A DNA stretch of 64,000 nt from Gekko japonicus. Its lineage: Eukaryota. This document shows, in pieces, positions 10,681 through 23,000 of this stretch. Positions within the stretch are counted from its first letter, which is position 1. Every line of letters begins with the position of its first letter. The stretch spans positions 37,717 to 101,716 of the forward strand of contig NW_015172017.1 of assembly GCF_001447785.1 (NCBI RefSeq), read 5' to 3'. The translations under genes were made by a program, and so were the position numbers. Under the pieces are notes generated by a model. The model saw nothing but the letters and a program-made list of their open reading frames with translations. It did not search any database and had not been told where the DNA came from.

Positions 10681-10884
10681 AGCTCGAGAAAGAGGGAGCG
10701 GATTGGCCAGGGCTGTCTCCCTCTTGTCCGTCATTGGTCGGGCCTGCGTATCACAGAGAGGGGAGGTCCCAGAGCGGCCGTTCCCCCCGCGTTAAAGAAC
10801 GCTAAGCCGGCCAAGCGAAGGAACTGCCGGAAGTGGGTTTCACCGAGACGGATGCGGAAGTGAGTTGGTTCCGGGAGTTGGGAC
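10580..10884. promoter_or_regulatory. CpG-island bidirectional promoter (ADAT3 / DNAJC3-like)
   Basis: Three ATTGG (CCAAT) boxes at 10669, 10702 and 10733 (31-33 bp spacing); two ETS/GABPA sites, CCGGAAGTG at 10827 and GCGGAAGTG at 10854; no TATA box; head-to-head genes. Confidence 0.75.
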
Positions 10885-11032
10885 ATGGAGTCCGGGCAAC
10901 TGCCGGTGTGGCGCGGCCTGGGGCTGCTCGGGAGAGGAGCGGAGAGCCCCTCGCTCGGGCCCGGCGGCTGCGAGAGGAGGCTGCTTTGGGTGGCGTCCTT
11001 GCTTTGCGTTTTGCTGGACTTGCAGTTGCCAG
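10885..11032 (+). CDS. DNAJC3: DNAJC3-like exon 1 (signal peptide)
   Basis: MESGQLPVW...RRLLWVASLLCVLLDLQLPG (human DNAJC3 has LLVLVDLQYEG); donor CAG|GTAACC, phase 1. Confidence 0.85.
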
Positions 11033-14000
11033 GTAACCATGGGAACGGGGAGGGGGGTCCCGCCCTTAGCAACTGCGCCCCTGTTCGCCCCGCCCTCTTT
11101 TGCTTAGTGGCCGCCTCCCGCCACGCTTTTCCATGCGGCTCCAGGCGTCGTCCTTGGTTGTAAGACTCCGCCCACTTTTCAGACCACGCCTCCGGTGACG
11201 TCCTTCACTTAGCCTGAAAGTGTTTTTCTCCGCCTATCCATTCTACTAGTCCTCAGTGTTCTTAAAGGGGTTTGGCACTCAGTTTTATCATTTGTGACTT
11301 GGATTGTTTACTTATGTGTTTTTGGTGAGTTGCGTTTCAGGCTAGCCAATGGCTAATAAAATGCCAACAGGCTTTGACAGCTCTGCAGACCCGTTGTTTA
11401 AATGGGGCAAAATGTTGTTGTTGTTCAGTCGCACAGTCGAGTCCGACTCTTTGCGACCCCATGGACTAGATCCCGCCAGGCCCTCCTGTCTTCCGCCGTC
11501 CTCTGAAGTTGGCTCAATTTCATGTTCGTTGCATCTATGACACTGTCTAACCATCTCATCCTTTGCCGTCCCCGTCTTCTTTGACCTTCAATCTTTCCCA
11601 GCATCAGGGTCTTCTTCTCCAGTGAGTGCTCCCTTCTCATTGGGTGGCCAAAGTATTTGAGCTTCAGTTTCATTATCTGGCCTTCCAGGGAACAGTCAGG
11701 GTTGATTTCTTTTAGGATTGACTGATTTGTTCTTCTTGCAGTCCAAGGGACTCTCAAGAGTCTTCTCCAGCACCATAGTTCAAAAGAATCTATTCTTCGG
11801 CGCTCGGCCTTCCTTATAGTCCAACTCTCGCAGCCATACATGACTACTGGGAATACCATTGCTTTGACCATGCGGACTTTTGTTGGCAGGGTGATGTCTC
11901 TACTCTTTATCATGCTGTTTAGGTTCGCCATCGCTTTCCTCCCAAGTAGCAGGCGTCTTTTAATTTCATGGCTGCAGTCACAGTCTGCGGTGATCTGGGA
12001 TCCCAGGAACGTGAAGTCTGTCACTACTTCCACGACTTCCCCTTCTATTTGCCAAGGAGTGATGGGACCGGATGCCATGATCTTAGTTTTTTTTATATTG
12101 AGCTTCAAGCCCACTTTTGCGCTCTCTTTTACCCTGAGCAAGAGGCTCTTGAGGTCCTCTTCACTTTCTGCCATTAGAGTGGTATCGTCTGCTTGATCTT
12201 TTCCCCAGCAATCTTAATTCCCGCTTGTGATTCATCCAGGCCAGCATTTCGCATGATGTACTCTGCATATATATTAAATAAGCAAGGTGACAATATACAT
12301 CCTTGTTGTACTCCTTTTCCTATGCTAAACCAATCAGTTGTTCCATATCCGGTTCTAACTGTTGCTTCTTGACCCTTATACAGGTTTCTGGTACTCCCAT
12401 CTCTTTAAGGACCTGAGGTGGTCTGGTACTCCCATCTCTTTAAGGACCTGCCATGGTTTGTTGTGATCCACACAGTCAAAGGCTTTAGCATAGTCAATGA
12501 AGCAGAAGTAGATGTGACTGTGGTGCAGCCTGCCAGAGTGTTTCCCATCTGTCACAGGAATGTGAGCCTCATGCATTCCAGGGAGATGTGACGGAGCTCT
12601 TTCAACTCTCCCTAGCTGTGACGGAGTGGATTGAAAATTTAGATATTGCTATTTAAAAGGATTGCCCAGTTGGTCTACACACCTGTTGTATCGACTTGGC
12701 TCCATAGGTCATATTATTATATGCTTCCTGTGTGTAATTCTGCCATTGAGTTACAATGCTAGTATAAATAAATAAGGCTAGCCCAGTGGACAGTGGAGAA
12801 AATGAGGCTGGTGTGAGTGCCTTTAGTAGAACATGGCAAGCAAGGCTTTTTGTGGCTTGACGCTAAACGTAGGTGGTGTGGGGGTTGTATTGTTGGCTGT
12901 GGATGCCCCATGTTCGAATTCCTTCAGAGACATTCAGAGGTGGTTTGCCATTGCCTGCCTCTGTATCACAACCCTGGACTTCCTTGGTGGTCTCCCATCC
13001 AAGTATTAACTGGGGCCAATCCTGCTTAGCTTCCAAAAGTTACGGAGATTGGCTACCCAGGTCAGGATGAGAAGGCCAGTGATACGTTGTGATGGAAGGT
13101 GCCGGTGGCAAGTCACAACTGATTTATGGAGGCCCTGTAGGGTTTTCAAGGCAAGAGGCATTCAGAGGTGGTTTTGCCGTCACCTGCCTCTGCGTGGCGA
13201 CCCTGAATTTCCTTGGTGGTCTCCCAATTCAAATACCAACCAGGGCCGACCCTGCTGAACTTCCGAGATCTGCACAGAGCGGCCACCAAAGCTTGCTGGG
13301 TGACCTTGGGCTGATCACACCCACTCAGCCTACCCTACCTCACAGGGTTGTTGTGAGGATAAAATGGAGGGGAGGCCAACGATGTAAACCATTTTGGGTC
13401 CCTACTGGGGAGAAAGGTGGGGTGTGAATAAATGTAGTCTGTTTCTTTAATGGTGTTGTTGTGCGAATAAAATTAAGGCAGGGAGAGCGTTGGATGCCCG
13501 CTACTAATCTCTTGAGGCTTTCTCATACATCATCTCAGGCTGCTGTCTTTTTCTGAGAAACAGTTCAGAGCTACAGTAATAGTATCATGGATGACCTGAA
13601 TATAGAATTGTAAGCCTTCTTGAACTACCAGGGAGATGCAGAGTTAACATTTTCCAGTTAATAAATAGCGACATAGTTTTTACTCAGACGGCTTTCTATT
13701 TTTTTTTTTTGTGGCCGCCCTTCTTGTGCCAGTTTGGTGTAGTGGTTAAGTGCGCGGACTCTAATCTGGGAGAACCGGATTTGATTCCCCACTCCTCCAC
13801 TTGCAGCTGCTGGATGACCTTGGGCAAGCCATAGTTTTGACAAGAGCTGTCCTTGAAAGGGCAGTTCTCTCAGAGCTCTCTCAGCCCCACCTACCTCATA
13901 GGGTGTCCTGTTGTGGGGAGGGGAAGGGAAAGGAGTTTGTAAGGCGCTCTGAGACTCTGAATCAAGGGCAGGGTATAAACCCAATCCCCTCCTCCTTCTC

Positions 14001-17000
14001 CATGGCAATTTCAGACAACGAGATTGTTGATGGGCTTGTGGAAGGCAGCAGATAGAATCAGAAGAGAAGATGAAACTTGGCTTGCGAAAGAGCTACAGAG
14101 CTGATCAAGCAATTCAGAGAAACCACCTTTTTTTTTGCTGAACCTTTCAGAAAGCAGAAGGAAAGATAGTCGAGAGTCCATGTACTGGCACCAAGAAGCT
14201 CTGGGTCCCTCTCTAGCTCCGGTTTGTGGGATGAGTGTTCATTTCTTTGTCTGTTCTCTGCCTTTCAGGTCTGCTGGCTGCCGGACAAGCCGAAATCGAG
14301 AACCACCTGGAAATGGGTCGGAAGCTCTTGGCGGCTGGGCAGCTGGCCGAGGCGCTGTCCCACTACCACTCAGCGGTGGGTAAGTAGCCAGCCAACCCAA
14401 TTGCAGCCCTTGAGTACAAGGTGCCACTGCGTGATCCTCAGGGCAGCTGGTCCTGCAGACATAGTGCCCCGTGGTCGTCATATAAGTGGTGTGGCCTTTC
14501 AGGGCTTCCACCTGGTCTACTCTATAAGAGTCACTGGAAGTCTTCGGAGAAACACCGTGAGATGGCTGAGCTACAATAATGTCAGAGAGATTGTACAGGT
14601 TTCTCAGTAAGGGTCAAAGACAGGCGTGTATATATAAACACTTTACTGGTCATCCCTAGTGACATGGCTCAGGTGGGGTGTCACCTGACGCTGCCACCAC
14701 TCTGGTTTTAGGATCCCTTGAGAAGGTTCAGAGCACCCTCCCCAGACCTTCAGACCTCCCTTGTTTGACCGAATAATAGGCATGAGGACCAGGCAGAGTA
14801 AACAACAGATAAAAAGTTTATTTTTACAGGAGGTCCGTCAAATATAGGAAACAAACAAGGTGCAAGAACAATATCAGTAAGAGGATGAAAAGAAAGGAAA
14901 CCAAATGCTCTAACGCATCTAAACTTCCTGTCCCTAGCTCACTGTCTCAAGTGGGCCTCAGTCTGCTCACCCTCCCTCTCAGGGTGAGGGTCTCTTCCCT
15001 GCAGCAGCCTTCCTTCTGGCTCTGCCCTCATGGAAGAAAGAGCAGCTCTTTCTGTACCAGCTCTTTTGTTATACGTCGCCTTTCTCTGTGATTGGCTAAA
15101 ATTGGCACCAAAACCTCTCGGGCTTCTGGGAGTTGTAGGCCTGACCTCCTCCCACTAGGCATTTGCTTGCACAGCCCAGATCATGACACCTAGAGAATAA
15201 GAATTGCCTCCAGGTGACAAGGCAGGGAAGCTTCTCTCAGGGGCACAAAGGGGGAAAGAGAGCACGAGCAGTCTTTGTATAGAGGGCCCTGGGTTCAGTT
15301 CCTGGTATCTCCGTGAACAGAATTCACACAGCAGATGACGGGAAAAAAGCTTTCCGTCCCTAAAACCCTGGAGAGTTGCTGCCAATCAGCATAATTGACA
15401 CTGATCTAGATGGACCAAATGGCCTGACTAGTTATCAGGAAGTTGTAGGTAAACTAGAGAAGAAGGAGTGGTTCTCTCCTGTGCTTTCTCGGGGTTGCAA
15501 ATTGCAAACAGGATTGTGAAAGTCCCTTTGCTGGTAGTTTTTTAACCTTGTCTGAGAGACAGTGACGTATCCCAGTTCTTGTATTATCCATATATGCCCA
15601 AAATATTGCAGTCCTGATCAATGCTCCCCCTAAGCTCTGGAGTCTTGTGAGCAAAAATTCTACTTTATGAGCTACCGGGATTAAAGTTGTGAGCAAGCGA
15701 TTTGGCTCCTGCATAAATTAGTTTGCTCTGGAGCCCCATCCTTCCTGAGCTAAGCCAGAGGCTAAAAAAACTGTGATCTAGCTCACACTAACTCATCTTA
15801 GAGGGAACACTGGTCCTGATATGGAAAGAAACATCAGCAGGCCTCTGAACACCACTGCTCAGAGACAGCACTGTCTCATGCCCCGTTGTTGGCCCTCCAC
15901 AGTAACTGGTTGGCCAGTGTGTGAGACAGGATGCTGGATTAGGTGGGCCACTATTCTGGCCTAGCGGGGCTCATCTTCTGTTCTTATGTCCATCTTCCTC
16001 TTTTTTTTCCTTCTCTTGTTTTATTCCATGCATCCTCCTGCCCTTCCTAGAAATTGATCCCAAGAACTACCTTACTTACTACAAACGGGCGACCATCTAT
16101 TTGGCCATGGGCAAGTTCAAGTCAGCCCTGCCGGACCTCTCCAAGGCGATTGAGCTCAAGCCGGACTTCCTGGCGGTAAGTCTGTCCTCTCCCTCCCCCC
16201 TCCCGTGTCCATCAGGAAGGTTTTTCTGGATGAGAAGCAGGAGGAGGTAAAGGGGATTATTCTGGTTTAGAAGCACCAACCTGGTGTATTTATTTATTTA
16301 TTTATACCCCGCCCTCCCAACGGCTCAGGGCGACTTACATATGGCAAAGCCAGAGTAAAATACAATAAAACATATGATAAATTACATATTTAAGACCCAG
16401 CCCCTTTCCCTGCTCCCAACTTTTCAGTGCCTCCATGTTGAATCTAAATCACAAGAGTGCACGTTGTTGAGATTAGTTTGTTTGTTTGTTTAACTTGTAC
16501 CCTGCCCTCCGCACAAAAGCAGGCTGGTGATATTTATTTATTCAAAGGGTTTTTAACATCATCCTTTTCCATTAAACTAACCTACAAATTGGAGCTGCGG
16601 TCGCTCAAGACGCTGAACTGCAGGCTGTGAAAGGTCGGTAGTTCAGCAGTTCGAGACCTGAGTTGCCACATGATGGAGTGAGCTTCCGTCTCTATTCCAG
16701 CTTCTGCCAACCTAGCAGTTCGAAAGCAAGAAATTGCAAGTAGATAAATAGGTACCACTTCGGTGGGAAGGTAACAGCGTTCCGTGCCCCTTGGTGTTTA
16801 GTCATGCCGGCCACATGACCACGCAGATGTCTTCGGACAGCGCTGGCTCTTCGGCTTGGAAACGGAGATGAGCACCGCAACCCTAGAGTCGGATTCGACT
16901 GGCTTTCGAGCAAGGGAACCTTTACCTTTAACCTACAAATTGATGCATCTGCATTTATGTAAAAAGCAGTAGATGAGAATTATTATTATTATTTATTAAT

Positions 17001-20000
17001 TCAATTTATACCCTGCCCTCCCCGCGAACGGGCTCAGGACGCCTTACAGTAGTGGCCCAATTGCCGATAAAACGATATACATCATTTCATAATAAGTTAA
17101 AACATAAAAACATAAGGTGCCATTCAGTTCTGCAGTTCGCTGCTTTTGATGGTGTATTAAGATGTCTCCGAAAACTAGATTCCAGCTCAATGTTGTTCCG
17201 AGTCGCTCGATGTAACGGGCCAGATGTTAAAATTGAGTTGAGCTAAAACTGAATCGAAATGTGAAGATACAGAGGTGGCAGGAAAATGGAGTAAAGTATC
17301 TGCCTGGGAAGTTGTGCCAGATTCAGGGGTAGAGAACAATGTCCCCTCTAAGCTGTGGAGTCTTGTGAGCAAAACGTCTGCTTTGTGAGCTACTGGCTTT
17401 AAAGTTGTGAGCAAACGATTTGGCTGCTGCATAAATTAGTTTGCTCTGGAGCCCTCCTTCCTGAGCTGAGACAAAAATGTGTGAGTCCGGAGGCTAGAAA
17501 ACTGTGAGCGAGCTCACACTAACTCAGCTTAGAGGGGACACTGGTAGAGAGTCTGAACAGAGAGGACAGGTGTCACCTGACACGCGAAAGGTGACAGTGC
17601 TGGTGCAGGGCAACTGAGAGCCAAGGAGGGTGATTCAGAACTGGAGCGAAGGAGTTTCCGAACTGGAGTACGGCCACTAAAGATAGACCCTCTGTCTGAA
17701 AACCACCCGCCTAACATATGGAAGGCTGCCTCCTCTGAAAATCTTAAGGCGGGCCAGTTTTTGTGGAGGAAGCAGTCCTTAGTGAATCCTCGGTCCCAGT
17801 TTGTCTGATTCCTGAAGTCCTTAATGTCAGCACTTAAAAGCATCCTTGGGAAGTAGCGAGGTTCTTCCCACTAGGGCCAGAGTGTTTTCGGTGGCGGCTC
17901 CTACCTGGTGGAACGAGCTCCCGGAGGAGATCCGGGCCCTGCGGGACCTTGTGCAGTTCCGCAGGGCCTGTAAGACGGAGCTCTTCCGCCAGGCTTTTGA
18001 GTAGGAGCCGCCGCCGCCACTACTCCATCATTGTGGCATTGCCCTATTGCTGTTGCCATCATATAGGGCAATTATCGCCTGGCAGAATGCGGGTAGAACA
18101 GCACTACTGGAGACCATGTTAGAGGCAGCTGGCCGCCGCACTGGGTTCACTGGCCCGCTTTGGTTGACTTATATGTAGGAAGATTAGAGCATTTTAAATA
18201 TTGTATGGTTTTACTGTGTGTTTTAATTGTGGCTTGTCTTATTGTAATTTATCTACTTATGCGGCTTTGGCCGTATGTTAGCTGCCCTGAGCCGTTGGGA
18301 GGGCGGGATACAAATCCAAAATAAATAAATAAATAAAATAGTTACTTTCCCAAGCCCATCCCTGGTGGTTCTGGGTAGGTTTCTGAAACAGGTTTTAATA
18401 GTAGCCCTTTGTGCATTGCGCGTCAGTAATACAAGGAAACATGAACAGTTTCGTCTGGTGAGCAAGTTTGTTGAGACTCCCTGATCTGGCAGTCGTCAGT
18501 CTGTCCTTTGTGATTAAAAGCATGATGGGCTTCTGTCTGCACACGGGCAAAGCCGGCAGGTCAGCTTCCTGTTCCCATGCAGGAAGGAGTCGCTGTCGCT
18601 TCATTGTATCTTATGTAACCGAAAGCTTCTGCCCTTTTCCGCCCCCCCCCCCCTCTGCCAGGCGCGACTGCAGCGAGGCAACATCCTCTTGAAACAAGGC
18701 AGCACGCAGGAGGCCAGGCAGGACTTCGAAGCTGTGGTAAGCCACATCCGGAAATTGGCCACGGGCACAAGCTCCTGGGGAGGGAAGGCGGCACGGCGTA
18801 GCCCACTCTCGGAAGCTAAGCAGGGTCGGTGCTTGGATGAGAGACCACCAAGGAAGGCTCTGCAGTGGGAGGGAGGCAGTGTCCAGTGCCATTGGGTCTT
18901 GGTTCCCTTTCCTCCTTGGTGCCAGCAGCTCCTCCAGGTGAGGGTTCTTTCAGAAATGTTTAAGGTCAGTCTGGCCCTGCAAGTCACCCCCTTTGCAGTA
19001 TCCCTGTCCATGAACATCTGGCCACCTAGTATTAGTGCGATGGGCACGTTTTGTCCTCATTTTAACAATGTCTCCAAGCACAGAGCATTACTGCTCCCCA
19101 CAGTGACGCTGCAGTCTTCTCGGAGGACGCATCTGAAAACCGAACGAGCCCCGCTGTTGATGCCTGTTCGGTCACCGGTTCAGTGCCCCTTATGCCAGTC
19201 TTCAGTCGGTCACATTAGACTTTGAGAGAACATTGGCAAGAGCGGGACAGGGTGCCGAACCGGGCATCGAGGCAGGTATCTGCTTCTCATTTACTTTGAA
19301 AGAAGAAGAGGAGATTGGACTTATACCCCGCGCTCCACTTCCCGAAGGAGTCTCAGAGCAGCTTACTATCTCCTTCCCCCTCCTCTCCCCACAACAGACA
19401 CCCTGTGAGGTAGGTGGGGCTGAGGGAGCTCTTTCGAGAACTGCCCTTGAGAGAACAGCTCTGAAAGAACTTGTGACTGACCCAAGGTCACCCAGCTGGC
19501 CACATGTGGAAGAGGGGGGAATCAAACCCGGTTCTCCCAGATCAGAGTCCATGCTCCTAACCACTACGCCAAAGCTGCTAGCTGGAGTTGCCATTACTCA
19601 GTAGTGACTTGATGGTGCGCAGGGCTATTTTTGGGCAGGAACGCACAGGAACGGAGTTCCGGCTGGCTCCTGAGTTGGCCACACCCAGCAGGAATTAGTA
19701 TAATAGGCCACACCTAACAGCAGAAACACATTAGGATTGGCTCCATTAGGGGTGTGTGGCCTAACATGCAAAGACGTTCCTGCTTCAAAAAAAGCCCAGG
19801 GTTTTGACAACAAAGTAAACAGAATAAGAAGCAAAAGGTGGGTGTGGCAACATGGGGTGTGGCCTAATATGCTAATGAGTTTCTGCTATTGGGTGTGGCC
19901 TATTATGCTAATGAGTTCCTGCTTGGCTTTTTCTACAAAAAAAGCCCTGATGGTACGGACATACGTACAAGCATCCAGGCTGTTGGCGCACCTTCAGCCG

Positions 20001-23000
20001 TGGCTGAGAATGGATCCTCAGCGACACTCTGGGTCGGAGCTGGCTGTTTTTTTCTGCTGGTGAAAAATAGCATAGGGGGCTCCCTTCAACAACCGAAGGC
20101 TATGCTGGGGGTCCGCATAGGCAGCAGCCATGCCAGAGTGGGACTGTAGCCAGGAGGAGCCCCGGGGAAGACAGCAAGAAAGCTGGCTGGATCCAACCTG
20201 TTTTGTGGGGTCTGTTGGGAATCCATCCCAGCAGTACAACAACAAGGCTGTTTGCTTTGTGGAAGCGTTTAAATCCCGGTGTGGAAGTTGCTGTGTTTTT
20301 AAGTCTGTATTGATAGTGAGCGTTTTCAGGGAGGTGGAAGGAATGAGGGGGTTGATAACAGGAGCGGGTCTCGGCCTGTTGTGTCACATGGACACATGGC
20401 CCTGCCTTATACTGGATCAGACCTTTGGTCCAGCAAAATCAGTGTTGTCTACTCAGTCTGGCAGCAGCTCTCCAAGGTCCCAGGCAGAGGTCTTTCCCAT
20501 CACCTCCCACCTGGTCTTTTTAACTGGAGGTGCCGGGGATTTAACCTGGGACCTTCGGCATGTCAAGCAGATGCTCTGCGAGTGAGCCACGGCCCCTCCC
20601 CAGTTTTGGAAGTATTCCAGTTTTGGAAATGTTTTCCTGCTTAAGTAATGAGCGTCAAATATAACATGACTGACAGTCTTGTGGATAAAGTTCAACAAGC
20701 TAGTATGAGCCCCAGTTAACAGGAAAAATTCAAACGGCTTTTATTTCAGTTGTTTCCTGGAACAAAGTCGATAAAAGGCTTTTATGCAGGGGGTAGATTG
20801 TTCTTTTCACAGTTAGCCGATCGAACCCATGCAGCCGTGTGTCATCAATAAAGAAGCTGACTCAGTGCCTCAAATCCTGGTTCCTGAACTTCCTCGTATT
20901 TGTGTCACAACCAATGCTCCCTCTAAGCTGCAGAGTCTTGTGAGCAAAAATCTTACTTTGTGAGCTGCTGACATTAAAGTTGTGAGTGAGCTATTTGGCT
21001 GCTGCATAAATTAGTTTGCTCTGGAGCCCTCCTTCCTGAGCCGAGACCAAAATTTTTCTTTGTGAGCTACTGACATTAAAGTTGCGAGTGAACTATTTGG
21101 CTACTGCATAAATTAGTTTGCTCTGGAGCCCTCCTTCCTGAGCCGAGACCAAAATTTTTCTTTGTGAGCTACTGACATTAAAGTTGCGAGTGAACTATTT
21201 GGCTACTGCATAAATTAGTTTGCTCTGGAGCCCTCCTTCCTGAGCCGAGACCAAAATTTTTCTTTGTGAGCTACTGACATTAAAGTTGCGAGTGAACTAT
21301 TTGGCTACTGCATAAATTAGTTTGCTCTGGAGCCCTCCTTCCCGAACTAAGACAAAAATGTGTGAGCTGGAGGTTAAAAACTGTGAGCTAGCTCACACTA
21401 ACTCAGCTTAATGGGAACACTGGTCACAGCACTGATAATTTAGCAGATTTGCTCCTAGGGCCATAGTGGCCATTAATACAATAACCAAGAAATGAGGTAA
21501 CTAGCAACTCAGTGGCATTTAACAGTCAGACTTTAGCAATTCCGTCAATCAAATCGATAACATTTTCCTCCTGCTTTTCCCCCAGGAAGCTGAGGATGGT
21601 GTACACAGTTCTCCCTTCCTCATCTTCTCCTTCCAACAACCTTGTGAGAGGCTAGGCAGAAACAGAGTGACTGATCTGAGTCACCCGTGAGCTTTGTGGC
21701 TGAGGGGAGAATTGAATCCCACTCTTGCCAGATCCTGGTGCAAAACTGTAAGTCAGGGGCAACGCTCCCTCTAAGCTGTGGAGTCTTGTGAGCAAAAATT
21801 GTACTGTGTGAGCTACTGGCATTAAAGTTGTGAGCGAGCCATTTGGCTACTGCATCAATTAGTTTGCTCCGGAGCCCTCCTTCCTGAGCTGAGACAAAAA
21901 GGTGTTAGCCAGAGGCTAAAAAACTTTGAGCTAGCTCACACTAACTCAGCTTAGAGGGAATACTGGTCAGGGGTACCTAACATGATGACCATGGGCCCCG
22001 TGGTGCCCGCCACGTGTTTTTTTTTAGAAAGTGGCCAGGCTAGGTGTGGCTTTTCCCCCAGCGGGGCTTCTGATTGGCTGCCCGTGCAGATTAAAAGGTG
22101 TGTCGTTAAGCAGAGCTTCTGCCTGAAACGTAAGAGTTTCTATCGAACTTGTATATAAATTCGACCCCTGACGTTTTGAGGTTGGCTTCACCTCCAGGTA
22201 GGGGCCGTGGTGGCTCAAGTGGTTAAGACGCTGAGCTGCAGACCAAAAGGTCGGTAGTTCAGCAGTTCGAGACCCGAGTGCCGCATGGCGGAGTGAGCTC
22301 CCGTCTCTGGCCCCGGCTCCTGCCAGCCTAGCAGTTTGAAAGCAAGAAATTGCAAGTAGATAAATAGGTATCGCTTTGGTGGGACGGTAGCAGCGTCCCA
22401 TGTGCCTCGGCCACGTGACCACGGAAACATGTGTGTCTAGTCATGCTGGCCACGTGACCACGGAAACATCTCCGGACAATGCTGGCTCTTCGGCTTGGAA
22501 ACAGAGATGAGCACCACATCCCTAGAGTCGGATTCGACTGGCCTTCACCTCCAGCATGATCCATTTTTGCAACTGTACCCACCGCCCTTCATCAGAATTG
22601 CGACGAGTGTCTGCTGGCTCAAAAAAGGTTGGGGACCCCTGCTCTAAGCAGTACTCCCCACTGGTTCATTCTGTCTTTAAAAAAAAAAAAACAGAAACAA
22701 AAAAAACCCTAACCCAGAAGAATGGTGGGGCAGGGCATCTGTACAAATAACGCAGACATGCCCAGTAAGCCTGGGGAAACGAAAATGTTTTTACCTGGAG
22801 CTGGAAGCTCATCAAGGGAAACCTGTGTGAGAGTGTAGTCCGCAGGCCAGGTGCCACAGCAGAGGAGGTCCCGTTTGTGGTGCTCACCCAGCTTATTTCT
22901 GAAAGGGGCCTGCAGAACAGGGCTTCCGAGGTTGATTTTAACTGATCGGCAGGTTCGCGGGAGGAGGGGGGGGCGGAATACCTCAGTCCCATCCCTGCCC

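Noticed and set aside
10640-10740. Canonical ERSE or ERSE-II in the DNAJC3-like promoter
   Set aside because: No CCAAT-N9-CCACG or ATTGG-N-CCACG match; only isolated CCAAT boxes.
13729-13800. Additional tRNA genes from GGTGTAGTGGTT heads
   Set aside because: SINE heads without a full cloverleaf, followed by SINE bodies.
20957-21360. CRISPR-like array
   Set aside because: Vertebrate DNA; contiguous tandem units with no unique spacers, inside a MITE.
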